A DNA stretch of 64,000 nucleotides from Heptranchias perlo (lineage: Eukaryota): positions 5,270,001-5,334,000 of the forward strand of contig NC_090370.1 of assembly GCF_035084215.1 (NCBI RefSeq), read 5' to 3'. This document shows positions 39,723 to 51,118 of the stretch, piece after piece. Each line of letters begins with the position of its first letter. Positions within the stretch are counted from its first letter, which is position 1. The notes beneath the pieces were generated by a model, which had not been told where the DNA came from, ran no database searches, and saw nothing but the letters and a program-made list of their open reading frames with translations. A program made the translations under genes and the position numbers.

Positions 39723-41997
39723 TGAAAGCTTGTCATAAAGGAAAATTGCAAAGGAGGAACGTAATCGGCGCCCTGACAGCTCACTGCATCGCTGTGTGTT
39801 AGCATCAATGGAGTTAGGGCTCGTAACCGATAATCCTTGCTTCAAATGAGTCACAGCTGCTTCTGCTGGGATTACTTAGAGGATGCAGTTTTTGGCTCAG
39901 TTGGCTTCCCCAGAGAGCCAGTCCTAGACCACATGCCTGTTAAGAACAAATGACTTGGGATTGAGGCACAGTGTGTTGAAACATCCCCTTCCTGGGTCGT
40001 CTTGTATTAGCATGGATACTGTTACAGTCCAACATGGTACTGACACTGGGTACAAAAAGTGGAAAAATATCCCATTGCCCAGCACTAACTTCTCTCAACT
40101 CAAGCACAAAAGTTAACCAAAGTATTCAATGAGTTAATGATTTGACATTCATCTATTGCAAGATAAAATCCATGCTGTGCTTAAGTAATTTGTTCTATGA
40201 AGACAGATTTTAAACGATAAGGAAAATGGATTAAGTGGATTTGTTGAAATGAGTTCTGGGAATGTGTAGGACAGCTTTCTGGAATAAACCATCCCTTGGA
40301 GCTATGAACTTATGCAGTTAACATAAAGTTTGCAATTTTATAATTGCAATTGCATCTGTACAGGAAAACAAAAGTGTGTATATATAGCACCACAATTTCA
40401 ATATTTAAATTTGAATTTAGATGGATTTCAGATGTGCTTCATCACCAACTCTCTTGTGTTGTTGAATACCAGGGAAGGATGGCCAGCCACAGCACTGGTA
40501 CATCTGTGACCATCCCTTCCCCCTTATATATTGTGTTAATCTTAAAAGAAAACCAAAAAAAACCTCCCCTCTTCTGAAGGCAGTGACTCATGGGGTCCAG
40601 TTTTACAGGCACCCTCTTGTACCTGGCCCAAGTGGCCATTCTTTGTGTGTGAGCCTAGATTGTGAGTGTCAGCAGGCTATTTGATTTGTAGTATCTGTCA
40701 CTGACTGATCTTGCTTTTTTTTCCCCCATCCCTATCCCACTGCTACTCTGCCTGAAACCAGCTGACTCAGCACAAGCTAAGAATTGAAAGTTGGACCACC
40801 CTGGTCAGTATGGGTTGGTGGTATACTGGGTGTTTCGTTTATGAGCGGAGCAACGGGGAAGCCTTAAAACAACAAGTTTACTAAAACAAAAATAGTTTCA
40901 AGAACTTTGTCCCTGACCCGTCTCTTCCCCTCTATTTAAAAACATCAATAATGTTGGGAGAGAGGCTTGGCTGCGCCACAAAAATGTGACAAATGAAGAG
41001 ATTATTTGACTGCATTAAACAATCTCCATGTTCTGAGGGGCAAATAAAGGTTAGCAAGCTCAAAAGTTAGCAAAATTGTGCAATGAGGTTATACAAGCAG
41101 GAGAAGTGAAATTGTTGAATAAAATGATGTAGAGAAAAGAGTATAGAGAACTGAAGGATATGGCAACAGCGGGGGGGGGGGTGGGGGAGGCGGTGTTTGA
41201 GAAAGAAATAGTGGGGAATACAGGCCACGGGCTATCCGCAGCCAATCCGCAGTTTTAATCTTTTTAAGGAAAAAATACTTCATGGGCTGAGTGCCATTTT
41301 CACATGCACAACCAGTATTCCAGTATATAGGCATGCTGCATACTGGAATTACAACACGGAAACAGGCTGTTCGGCCCAACCAGATTTTAATGACTGTGTA
41401 AAAAATTTTACACGAATCTCTGCTTGTTTGATTATCTTCACCACCAGAATGTGGAAAAAAAATCTTTGGATCACTCCCACACTGAAACAGCTGTCTTGTT
41501 GGCCAGTTCTAGTGCAGCTTGATGGTGATTCTACAATTGTGGCATGCAACAGTTCTGCCTTTCTGGATGAAGTATGCTGTTAATAAAAGGACCTGTTTTT
41601 TTTAAAAAAAAGAGGATGAGTTCATTAGTTCTCTGTAGGGCTGCTAACGCATCTCATAGAGATAAAACATCAATCAGCAGAGAAAATAAATGAAACTCTC
41701 TAATACCCAGCAGCAACCCATCTAATACAACCGAACATGGACTTGTACTGGCAAAGGAGAATGCAGCCTACTGACCCACATAACCACTAAGCTGAAGGAA
41801 GATGCATACAAAATAAATAGCGTTGGTTTTGATAGAATTTTTATTTTAGGTAGACCAAAAGTTCTTGTTGATATGCTGGTGGTATTGTGGCTGCCAGTGC
41901 TGATGCCAGGATTGACCAACCTCTTCAATCTTTCTCCTCTTGATTTTGTTGACTGATACCCATGACATGGATCACTCCCCTTCTGTTTCTCTTCCAG

Positions 41998-42084
41998 GCA
42001 GATGCAAAATCCAACGCCAGGCAAGCTTCATTTGCTGAGGCCAAAGAGGCCTGTGTGAAGAAACTGGTCCGACAGCAGCAAGAG
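41998..42084 (+). CDS. LRRFIP-family gene, coding exon 2
   Basis: cttccag| ADAKSNARQASFAEAKEACVKKLVRQQQE |gtaaag; 87 nt, phase 0-0. Aligns ungapped to LRRFIP1 [29 protein letters not shown] (29 aa). Confidence 0.88.
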
Positions 42085-42844
42085 GTAAAGCATAGTATCA
42101 AGACAAACTCTGAACTCTTTGTCCTTAACAGTACAAGGTATTTCTGTAGAAATAAATAGCTGGTGCGATGAAAGGTAATTCCTGTTGAGAACAAATGACA
42201 CGGATGATAATATAAAACCACCTCATTAAAAATAAGTCTTGGAATTGAGGCACAGTATGTTGAAACAGCCCCTTGCTGGGTCTTCCTGTATTAGTAGAGA
42301 CACCGTTACAGACCAACACGATACTGACACTGGGTACAAAAAGTAAAAAAGTATCCCATTACCCAGCACTAACTTCTCTCAACTAAATAAGCACAAAAGT
42401 TAACTAAAGTATGCGATGAGTTAATAATGATTTGGCATTCATCTATTCCAAGATAAATTCTATGCCGTGCTTGAGTAGCTTGCTGTGTTATGAAGACAGA
42501 TTTATATTAGAAAACAAGATTGAGAAGGGATATAACCCCAGTTTTTATATGATAAGGAAATGCATAGGGTGGAATTAAGTAGGTTTGTTGAAATGCATTC
42601 CGGAAACGTAGGAAATGGGGGCACAACCTCAAAATTCTGGAAAACAGGAGTGAAAAGATAATTAGACTGCTTCTTGGTTTGGGCTGTTCCTCTCTTGAAT
42701 GAATTGTCACCCAGTGCAGTGAACTTGTGCAGTTAACAAAGTTTGCAATTTTATAATCATTATATCTATCTCGCCACAATTTCAGTATTCAAATTGGAAT
42801 TTAGATGGACTTCGGGTGTGCTTAATCACCAACTCTCGTGTTAA

Positions 42845-43262
42845 AACAAAAAAGAAAGACTTGCATTTATATAGTGCCTTTCAGTCTCTGGACATCCCAA
42901 AGTGCCTTACAGCCAAAGAAGTACTTTTTGAAGTGTAGTTACTGTTATAATGTAGGAAATGTGGCACCCAATTTGCACACAGCAAAATAATCTTTTTTAA
43001 GTGATATTGGTTGAGGGATAACTATTGGCCAGGACACCTCCTCTTCGAAATAGTGGCCGTGGGATCTTTTACATCCACCTGAGAGGGCAGACATGGCCTT
43101 GGTTTAATGTCTCATCCAAAAGACGGCACCTCCGACAGTGCTGCAATCCCTCAATGCTGCACTAAAGTGTCAGCCTGGATTTTGTGTTCAAGTCTCTGGA
43201 TTGGGAGTTGAACCCATGACCTTCTGACTGAGACGAGAGTGCTACCAACTGAGTCAAGGCTG
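42845..43262 (-). mobile_element. Near full-length Deu-domain-type SINE
   Basis: L2-like tail (acttgcatttatatagtgcctttca), shared core and tRNA-like head. Absent from the other copy of the local duplication. Confidence 0.8.
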
Positions 43263-44898
43263 ATGAATACCAGGGAAGGATGGCCAGCCACAGCAGTGGT
43301 ATGTCAGTGACCATCCCTTTCCTTGTCACCTATCAGGACTTGATTTAAAATCCAGCTGAAAGAGAAGGGATGAAGATTTTTTTTCCCTCTGCTGAGGGAT
43401 TGGGAGATTTGTTTGGTTACAGACTATCCATTCATCACTTCTGATTCTCCTGTTTCTGTGCTGAATTTGATCACTGAATTCCCTGAATCAATTCGCTCTG
43501 CCAATGTACATTTATACGGCCCTCAATAACTTCTACTAGCTAGCTCTCTCAATGATCTATGTACACCATTTATATTAAACAAAAAACACAATCAACTGAA
43601 AGACAGAAATACAAATGGTTTAATACTACGATCTAATTTTTAAAAGTGGTGCTAATTGCGAACTTTTGTTGAAGTACTAAGTAACCTTTTCTGAAAAGGA
43701 ATTGGGTTTGGAATAAAAAGAAAATTCCAGGTTTCAAATAATTTAAAATCATTTCATAGTTTTTGCGATGATGCAAATTTGTATTTGTCTAGGGATGAAC
43801 AGAAACCTAGTTGTAAAGGACACTTGTCCGTACACATTGAACCACACAGTTCCTATTAGATATGCGAGGCCTTCATTCCTGTTTGAGCTAAATTTAAACC
43901 CACATCCCACAGATGAACAGACATTGTTCTATTATACTCTACTACCAAGTCCCCATCAGTAAGAAGGGACGTTTAGTTACCTTTGTTCCAAGCTGAATTG
44001 TAATCCAGACTTGAGTTGACATCCAGCCCTAAGAGAAGGTGCATATTGATCATTAGGAGAGCTGGCTATTGGAAGTTACTGAGGAAAGCAAGAGGGAGCT
44101 GCGGGATAATTCTGGAGCGTTTGGTCAATTGCCATTTCAGTTGTGTGTCAAATAAGCTTCCTCACCCAGTGAGGCTTAGTAACCTCTTAAAGCCAAACAG
44201 AAATGGAAAAAACAAGCATGTTGAAGTCAGTAATATGTAACATCTGGTATATTTATCGCACTAATGTAAATATTGCTTGGGACAGGAACTTGTGAACCAA
44301 ATACTTTAAAGAAGCAGGAACTTAGAGTACAGTATAAACATTTTAAAAATAAATTTATACTCTTGCTTTAGTATTTCCTCCCCTCTTTTGAGTCTCTTTA
44401 TGTCACAGACTCCTGGCAGAAGCCCAGGTTGATGCACCTGCTCCAGTAGAGATTCCTCTCAGCACCACCTTGATGGCCCATCAAAGATTGCAAATGTGCT
44501 GTGTCTGGAATTGCAGGAGCAATTCTGCAATCTGTGCCACTAGGCTGCTGTGGCACAGTAACTTTGTAAAAGATACAGCACAACCTGTACGGTAGTTAGA
44601 CATAACAGGATCGAATTTCCGCAGGGTTTCTCCTGATCTTCCGCTGTAACCTTGGTAGAAACCCTGGAAAAACGGCAGAAGGTCGAGAGAAATTACAGAC
44701 TAATCTTATTTGGTTGTCATGTCTTTCTTGCCATCATAATCTGGGGATTGGAACAAAATGAAAACTGAAGGGAGGTGTGGTGGGGGGATACTTGTATAGA
44801 ATGCATAGACTTATTTTGAAGTAGGCCTTGGTCACATAAGATTTAGTCTCGAACCAACATACAATAATGTGTTTCTTTGCTCTGTATTTATTTCACAG

Positions 44899-45000
44899 AT
44901 AGAGGAGTTATTGAAAAAACAAGCTGCTGATCAGTTAGGAGTCTTGCCACTTGTAGTCTGTTCCAAACAGAATATTAAGCATCTTGGATGCAGTGACAGA
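44899..45000 (+). CDS. Possible small internal exon of the LRRFIP-like gene (3' end uncertain)
   Basis: Strong acceptor tttatttcacag| IEELLKKQAADQ resembles the short LRRFIP VEER...EK exon. Donor is either CA|gttagg (44933, phase 2) or AGA|gtgact (45000, phase 0). Confidence 0.4.
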
Positions 45001-45976
45001 GTGACTAACTTATTAATTCCAGTCACTGCCATTCAGAAAAACTGTTGTTAAAAAATTTGGGTAGTTGTGTTTGGGCTTGTATGTATAAACTATCTTATTA
45101 TACAACTCATTTCAGAGTCCTTGAGCAACATACGGGAATACTAATGTGAGCATTTTGATACAAATTGACTATAGGCTGCCTGCTATATGCTGTGTTACAC
45201 ATGTCCATTTTTACAGTCCCCATGTCAGTTCTGTAAGAAAATTGGGCACTGTTTGTTCCTTGTATTGCTTTAATGCATGGCTTAAGTGATAAAACGTGAA
45301 GAATATATGAAACTTGAAACAGCCATTAAGCGCACCAAGCTCATTCCTCCCGCAGGGCATGTACAGTATGTTCTATCATGACTCTACCCTGCTTACTTAA
45401 TTAAGGGGGGGAAGGGGGTGACTAAGCATGGATAATTTCCAGGAAGACTGGATTCTGCAATTTTTCCCTGCCCCCTAAAGATACTTGTGTGAAAACTCCA
45501 GGTTATCATTCTGTCATTGCAACCTACATTCTTCAATCCTGAACAGTTGCATTCCACACAGGACATTTTCATGGCCCCAGCAGCATAGAAATCATTACAT
45601 ATTGTAGCGTATTTGGTCACTTGTCCTTATAACATTCAATTCTGTTCTTATCCAGATATTGCTCCAGCTTTTTTTCAAGGAGGTGTTAACTGACACCATT
45701 AATTTTGTTGGGGGTCTGTTGCACATATCTATAACTCTATGGCGGGGGGTGGGTGCGGGGGGAAGGAGAGACAAAATCCAGGCCCACTTGAGACTTTTTA
45801 ACTTCATCTATATAAGTGGTGTACATTTTTGCATGTCAACAGTCACAAATTATGTGCACCCACCTACAGTTACACAAGTACGTTGTACATGTAGACAGGT
45901 GGCCATTGAAATGCTGTTTTCTGTGTACATAAAGCCCAGCGAGGAGTACAATTGTTTTATATTGGTCCTTGTTTAG

Positions 45977-46147
45977 GACACCCAAGAAGACTTTGAAGAG
46001 AAGTACATGGATGCAGTTCAATCGATCAGTCAGTTGGAAACTGAGAAGACTTTACTTGTGTATGAGGTGGAGCAACTGAGGGACGTTCTGGAGGGCACGG
46101 AGGAGGAGCTGGCAGAGCTCCACAGAAAACACACTGAAATAAGCAGG
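45977..46147 (+). CDS. LRRFIP-family gene, coiled-coil exon
   Basis: gtttag| DTQEDFEEKYMDAVQSISQLETEKTLLVYEVEQLRDVLEGTEEELAELHRKHTEISR |gtatga; 171 nt. Ungapped match to the 57-aa LRRFIP1 segment [36 protein letters not shown]... Confidence 0.9.
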
Positions 46148-46866
46148 GTATGATCAAGTGTGTCCCTTAATTTCAAGTTTACTTGCAATCTAAAGAAGCT
46201 CCATGGTCTCAAATTGTCTTCAAGATAATAACCATCATTAGAAGGTACCAATAAAACCAAAAGCCTGGAATTGTGTCCCCTCCTGTCTATACAGCTCCAT
46301 CAATAAAGTCCTAATACTCCCCCTTCCCCAACCCTAAGCTAGAGTCCCTAATACTAACCTGCCCTCCCCATTCTACTCCATATTCCAGCATATTCATGTT
46401 CTCTATGGTCCATAGATCCTGAAGACATATTAGCCCTTTTAAAATTAATAAATTAACCCTACTTTATTAGCATACTAATATTTGCACAGTATGATTCCAA
46501 GACCATAGTGTTGGGCAGTCTCAAGCCAGAGTCTTATGCCATTATTTCACATCATAAAACTGCAGAGAATCTAGCACCAAGATAGGGCACAAGACTAGCT
46601 GGGATATGAGATGTCACTGGAGGAGTAAGGGTGCTCTGCAGAGTTTGGAGGTTAAAGCACATAATTGGGACAGTATAGAGTGAGCTTTACCCTATTTGTG
46701 ACCTGGAAGTGTTGGATGCAAAAAGAAACAAAAAAATGTTCCAAGCAGTGGCATCCATCAACTTAATAAGTACAAAAGAACAGTAAATTTAAAATTAAAT
46801 ATAAATGCAATCTATGTGACGTGAAAGCTGTTGAGTGATTGCCGTTTACTCAATCCCATTACACAG

Positions 46867-46956
46867 GAACTGAAGACAGAGAAAGTTGCCAAGCATTTAT
46901 TACAGCAGAAGATTAATTGCATGGAGGAGTGGCTGGAGGAGAAAAAGAAGAGCGAG
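46867..46956 (+). CDS. LRRFIP-family gene, second coiled-coil exon
   Basis: acacag| ELKTEKVAKHLLQQKINCMEEWLEEKKKSE |gtaaga; 90 nt. Compare LRRFIP EFEREKHAHSILQ... Confidence 0.85.
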
Positions 46957-47234
46957 GTAAGAGGGATTAAAGCAAAGACTGGCTTGCAGTACGTTGCAGC
47001 CAGGGCCATGGGAAGTTACATTTGATCAACGGAAAACTTTCTCTTGAACATTTTGGGTGCCAAGCCCAATCTGCCTAACCTTCACCACCCACACAGCTTC
47101 TCTTCAGGCCTCCACAGACACTAATGCCAGTTCCTCACCACCCTCCTGAGCACTCCCTGGGACCATGAATCACCCAACCTAAAGCCCAATGTGGTTCTTG
47201 TTTCCCCCTACCCCCACCCTTTACTGGACCTAAG

Positions 47235-47430
47235 GAGGTGATAGGTGGGAACAAACCCAGCTTCTCCAGTCTCTCCATGTAACTGAAGTCTTTCACCCTC
47301 AGTACCATTCTAGTAAATCTCCTCGGCACCCTCTCCAAGGTCTTCTCATCCTTCCTAAAGTGTAGTGCCCAGAATTGGACACACTACTCCAGCTGATTCC
47401 TAACCAGTGATTTATAAAGATTTAGCATCC
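47235..47430 (-). mobile_element. Short CR1 fragment
   Basis: ORF piece ERVPRRFTRMVLRVKDFSYMERLEKLGLF. Confidence 0.8.
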
Positions 47431-47856
47431 CCCTTTTAATTTCTCTCTTTCTTTAAGTCCCTCCATTTTACACCTAATTCTTCAGTGTTGGCTCTCTGGG
47501 ATGGCCCAAACCTTAAATAGAAGCAAAATTGTAATAATGGGAGGAATAAAAGAAACAACTGTGACATTTTTTTTGAAGGATCTGAATAATAAAGACTCAT
47601 TATTTAACTTAATATTCTTTATTTTGAGAATAGTGCTCTTTGAATATTACCCTGAGGGAAAGTACAGCCTGTGGGACTACTGGCCATTAGGTTTGCCTCT
47701 TCTCACCTTCCTCCTCTTAGCTACCAAATAGGGGCAAGTAACCGAAAAGGACAGTAGGTGACTGCTTGTACATTGAAAAACAATTGTCAAATTGGCCATC
47801 CCTACTACACCTGTAATTTCCATTACAAGTTAACTAATTTTGTTGTTTTTCCACAG

Positions 47857-50415
47857 GACACTGAAATAGCTGCCACAGAGAATATGGATAAAGATATTCG
47901 GAGCAACGTCAGATATCGGGGATACTCAGATGCAAAGAAAATTGAGTTTAAATCAGAAGATGGGGGAAAACACAGTGTGGAAAAACTTCTGGGCTCAGCA
48001 GCAAACCTTGCAGACGTAGAGCAGAAACACTCGGCAAACGGTAGCTTTGAAACCGAATCCAACAGACAGCAAAAAAGGAAAACAAATGACGATATCGTCA
48101 ATGGAAAACACCAAGAGGGAAGAGTGAATGGATTCACACAACAGGGTGCAAATGATACACAATTGGAAGAATCTACGGGTCTGATTAAGGATAGTGAGAA
48201 TGTAACAGTTATAGAAAAAATGAACAACATTCATTGTTATGAGACTGAGAGAGACAAATCGAATAAAGTTGTGGAAGAACTAATGGAAGGCAGTAGAAGT
48301 AAAGCTTTAGAACAGTTGGAATTGGGGAGTGACGACAAGGACACAGAATACAACAAACCCAAATATAAGGAAACCAAAGGCCATGAGGAAAAAAAACAGA
48401 AAGAGCTAATGTTGGAGTTAAGTAAAGTTGCTTCAAAGGAAATTGTACACAAAAGGGAAATGAATGAAAAGAAAAGTGAGGGAGATGAGGCTGGAGCAAG
48501 AGAGGAGACATTCAATGAAGAGAGTTTGAGTAACACAGTAGAAGAGGGAGTAAGAAAGCAAGTTGAAGGAGAGAAAAAAATAATGATGGAAATGTGTGGT
48601 GGTAAAAACTTGGAGATGGTAAAAGAAAAATCAGTGGAAGTTTGTGGAAGTATGACAGAGGTTCTTAAGCAAGTGGGTTTGATACAAGACCACAGAGTGA
48701 CCCTGGGAGAGTCCAGATGGGAGGGAACTAAAGAGAAGAATAGGGCGATTGAGCAAGGGCACAGTGAAGAAATAAAATATGGGGAAAGTGATTTTAATGA
48801 ACTGAGGAAAAGGAACCAGGATGGAAAGAAAATTTTAGAGCAAGGAGAAAACCAAGAGGAGGAGCAGGGAGGTAATGTGTTGAATCAAAACAAACCAAAA
48901 GGAGATGGAAGAGAGGATAGTGTGAATGAATTAACTAATAGAGAACAATTAGAGAAGATACCAGGAGAAACAAATGAATGTAGGTATCCAGAGAACTCTG
49001 AGAAGAAAAGTGTTTGTAAGAAGGAGGAACAGAGGAAGTTTGAAGGGATTGAGTTAGTAAGTAATGAAAGAGTGGAAGAAACAAGGAGAGAATATAGAGA
49101 GGATGAGAGCCGAACAGCAAAAGAGATTGATATGTGGCCAGCAAAAAGGGATGGTGAAGAAATCCAGGAAAAAGATAAAATACTGGTTATTAACACAATC
49201 CAAACAGTAACTTCAGAAATTAGTTACAAAAATATGGAAATGGATAGTATGGCTGAAGAAATGGAAAGTGGTGGAGAGGATTTGGTTGACGGAATTGAAA
49301 GAGCTCAGGATAAATGGCCAGAGAGGAGAGGAGAGGTCATCAAACAGTTTCAGTGCATGAAGGAAACCGTTTCAAACCCTGTGAATGATGGAGATTCTGT
49401 GAACCTGAAACGGGATGTGTGGCTGGACAAGAATGAACAGCATGAAGGAATGCATGGAAGGGAAGTATTTGAGGATGAGGAGCAATTTAATGAGGCTCAG
49501 AGTCAAAGAGATGAGGAACAACTAGAGAATGAAAATCCTGGAAAGAATCAAGAAATGGATAGAAGGTTACAAGGATCTATAGATGAAGTAAAGGAAGAAG
49601 ACAGCAGAACAAGAGAGCAAGATGAGACAATACAGCATGAATTGAGAGAGGCAGAGAATGCCAAAGATAAAGTAGATGCAAGAGAAGATCTATTGCAAGG
49701 GGACAATAAAGAAAAAGATAGAGAGGGGAATGAGACAAATGTAGAATTAGACATGAAAGGGCAGAAAATTGTAATGGATGGACAAGTACAGATAGAAGGG
49801 AAAGAAACACAGAATGAAAGTGGCACTGAACAAAGTAATGGTGGGAAGGGGGCGCTTGAAATGTTCGAGCAACTGATTAAAAAAATAATGACACGGCAAA
49901 AGAGTTTTGCAGAAAGTGAGGGGAAAGTGAACAGGGAAGACCATGTTGACGGTTACAGGGGTGAGACAGGTGGGGAAAGAGAAGTGGAAATAAAAGAACA
50001 GAATAAAGAATATGTATTTGCAAATCAAAGACAGAGTGTGGGAGAAGAGAAAAAAGGGATAGAATCAACAGGTGGTAGGACTGAGGAAGAAGAGAATGAT
50101 GAGTTAAGTAGGAAGGGACTGGTTGAAGGCACACTGGAGCTGACACTCCCTGAGGGAAGCAAAGCAGCAACAGAACACATTGAAGAAGCTGAAGGAACAG
50201 TGGATGATATCTCTGACGAGGAGATGCATGATGCAGCAGAAAATATAACTTCTGAACCAAAAACTGACACACCTGCTCAAGAAAGAAAACCAAACACTGA
50301 AGAAGGTCCTGAGGACACAACAACTAATGACGACGTGGAGTCAAGGGAAAATTTAAATACAAGAGAGAGCACCAAGCGACACCTTAGGCACAGAGAGACA
50401 TGCCAGGTTTCGTAG
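47857..50415 (+). CDS. LRRFIP-family gene, large acidic low-complexity terminal exon (852 aa) ending in CaaX
   Basis: ttttccacag| DTEIAATEN... open for 2559 nt, E/K-rich, ends RETCQVS*. In phase with the previous exon; analogous to the long acidic last exon of LRRFIP1. Confidence 0.85.
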   Translation, partial: DTEIAATENMDKDIRSNVRYRGYSDAKKIEFKSEDGGKHSVEKLLGSAANLADVEQKHSANGSFETESNRQQKRKTNDDIVNGKHQEGRVNGFTQQGANDTQLEESTGLIKDSENVTVIEKMNNIHCYETERDKSNKVVEELMEGSRSKALEQLELGSDDKDTEYNKPKYKETKGHEEKKQKELMLELSKVASKEIVHKREMNEKKSEGDEAGAREETFNEESLSNTVEEGVRKQVEGEKKIMMEMCGGKNLEMVKEKSVEVCGSMTEVLKQVGLIQDHRVTLGESRWEGTKEKNRAIEQGHSEEIKYGESDFNELRKRNQDGKKILEQGENQEEEQGGNVLNQNKPKGDGREDSVNELTNREQLEKIPGETNECRYPENSEKKSVCKKEEQRKFEGIELVSNERVEETRREYREDESRTAKEIDMWPAKRDGEEIQEKDKILVINTIQTVTSEISYKNMEMDSMAEEMESGGEDLVDGIERAQDKWPERRGEVIKQFQCMKETVSNPVNDGDSVNLKRDVWLDKNEQHEGMHGREVFEDEEQFNEAQSQRDEEQLENENPGKNQEMDRRLQGSIDEVKEEDSRTREQDETIQHELREAENAKDKVDAREDLLQGDNKEKDREGNETNVELDMKGQKIVMDGQVQIEGKETQNESGTEQSNGGKGALEMFEQLIKKIMTRQKSFAESEGKVNREDHVDGYRGETGGEREVEIKEQNKEYVFANQRQSVGEEKKGIESTGGRTEEEENDELSRKGLVEGTLELTLPEGSKAATEHIEEAEGTVDDISDEEMHDAAENITSEPKTDTPAQERKPNTEEGPEDTTTNDDVESRENLNTRESTKRHLRHRETCQVS

Positions 50416-50677
50416 GACTCGGTCCGGTCTTTCAACTCTGGAATATTGAAGCCCAACATAGGAGAAAGGCTTCTTCAAGGTTACATGAACTTTGCACAAG
50501 TTTGACTAGGATCTTTGAATCATCTTAACGTCAAATCTTTCTTTTGTAATAATCTTCACTTTTTTATTTGAAAAGTAAATCACACTCAATAGAATGTAAA
50601 TAAGTCCAAATTAAGTGGAAACATAGTTTTATCTTTGTTTCCCTGATACTTTGTGTCTGAGTTTTAATTGACAAAAG

Positions 50678-50687
50678 AATAAATAAA
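50678..50687 (+). terminator. Polyadenylation signal candidate for the LRRFIP-like gene
   Basis: Overlapping AATAAATAAA about 260 nt after the stop codon. Confidence 0.5.
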
Positions 50688-50734
50688 TGCACCCCATTTT
50701 CATTATAAGGTTCTATCTGTTATAAGGCTACTTT

Positions 50735-51118
50735 ACCTCGATTTTTAAAATTCTCATCCTTGTTTTCAAATCCCTCCATGGCCTTGCCCTCCCTATCTCT
50801 GTAACCTCCTACAACCCTTCGAGGTCTCTGCACTCCTCCAATTCTGGCCTCTTGCGCATTCCCGATTTTAATCGCTCCACCATTGGTGGCTGTGCCATTA
50901 GCTGCCTAGGCCCTAAGCTCTGGAATTCCCTCCCTAATCCTCTCTCTCTCTCTCTCCTCCTTTTAAGACGCTCCTTAAAACGCTCTTTGACCATGCTTTT
51001 GGTCACCTGTCCTAATAGCTCCTTATGTGGCTCGGTGTCAAATTTTGTCTGATCGCTCCTGTGAAGCGCCTTGGGACGTTTTACTACGTTAAAGGCGCTA
51101 TATAAATGCAAGTTGTTG
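50735..51118 (+). mobile_element. L2-type LINE 3' end
   Basis: Remnant TIGGCAISCLGPKLWNSLP and tail gtgaagcgccttgggacgttttactacgttaaaggcgctatataaatgcaagttgttg. Confidence 0.8.

Larger units (their letters stand above)
39945..43322 (+). repeat. Diverged direct duplication (about 39945-40520 and about 42228-43322) flanking LRRFIP-like exon 2
   Basis: Collinear matches such as ttgaggcacagt.tgttgaaaca, ctgacactgggtacaaaaagt, cccagcactaacttctctcaact and gaataccagggaaggatggccagccacagca in both copies. The second copy is split by a SINE. Confidence 0.85.

Noticed and set aside
47758-47856. N-terminal 33 residues of the 885-aa ORF as a true start
   Set aside because: Non-AUG start in intronic sequence; a strong acceptor at 47856 puts the exon in phase with upstream LRRFIP exons.
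47823-50459. S/F/L-rich minus-strand ORFs
   Set aside because: Antisense shadows of the purine-rich E/K exon.
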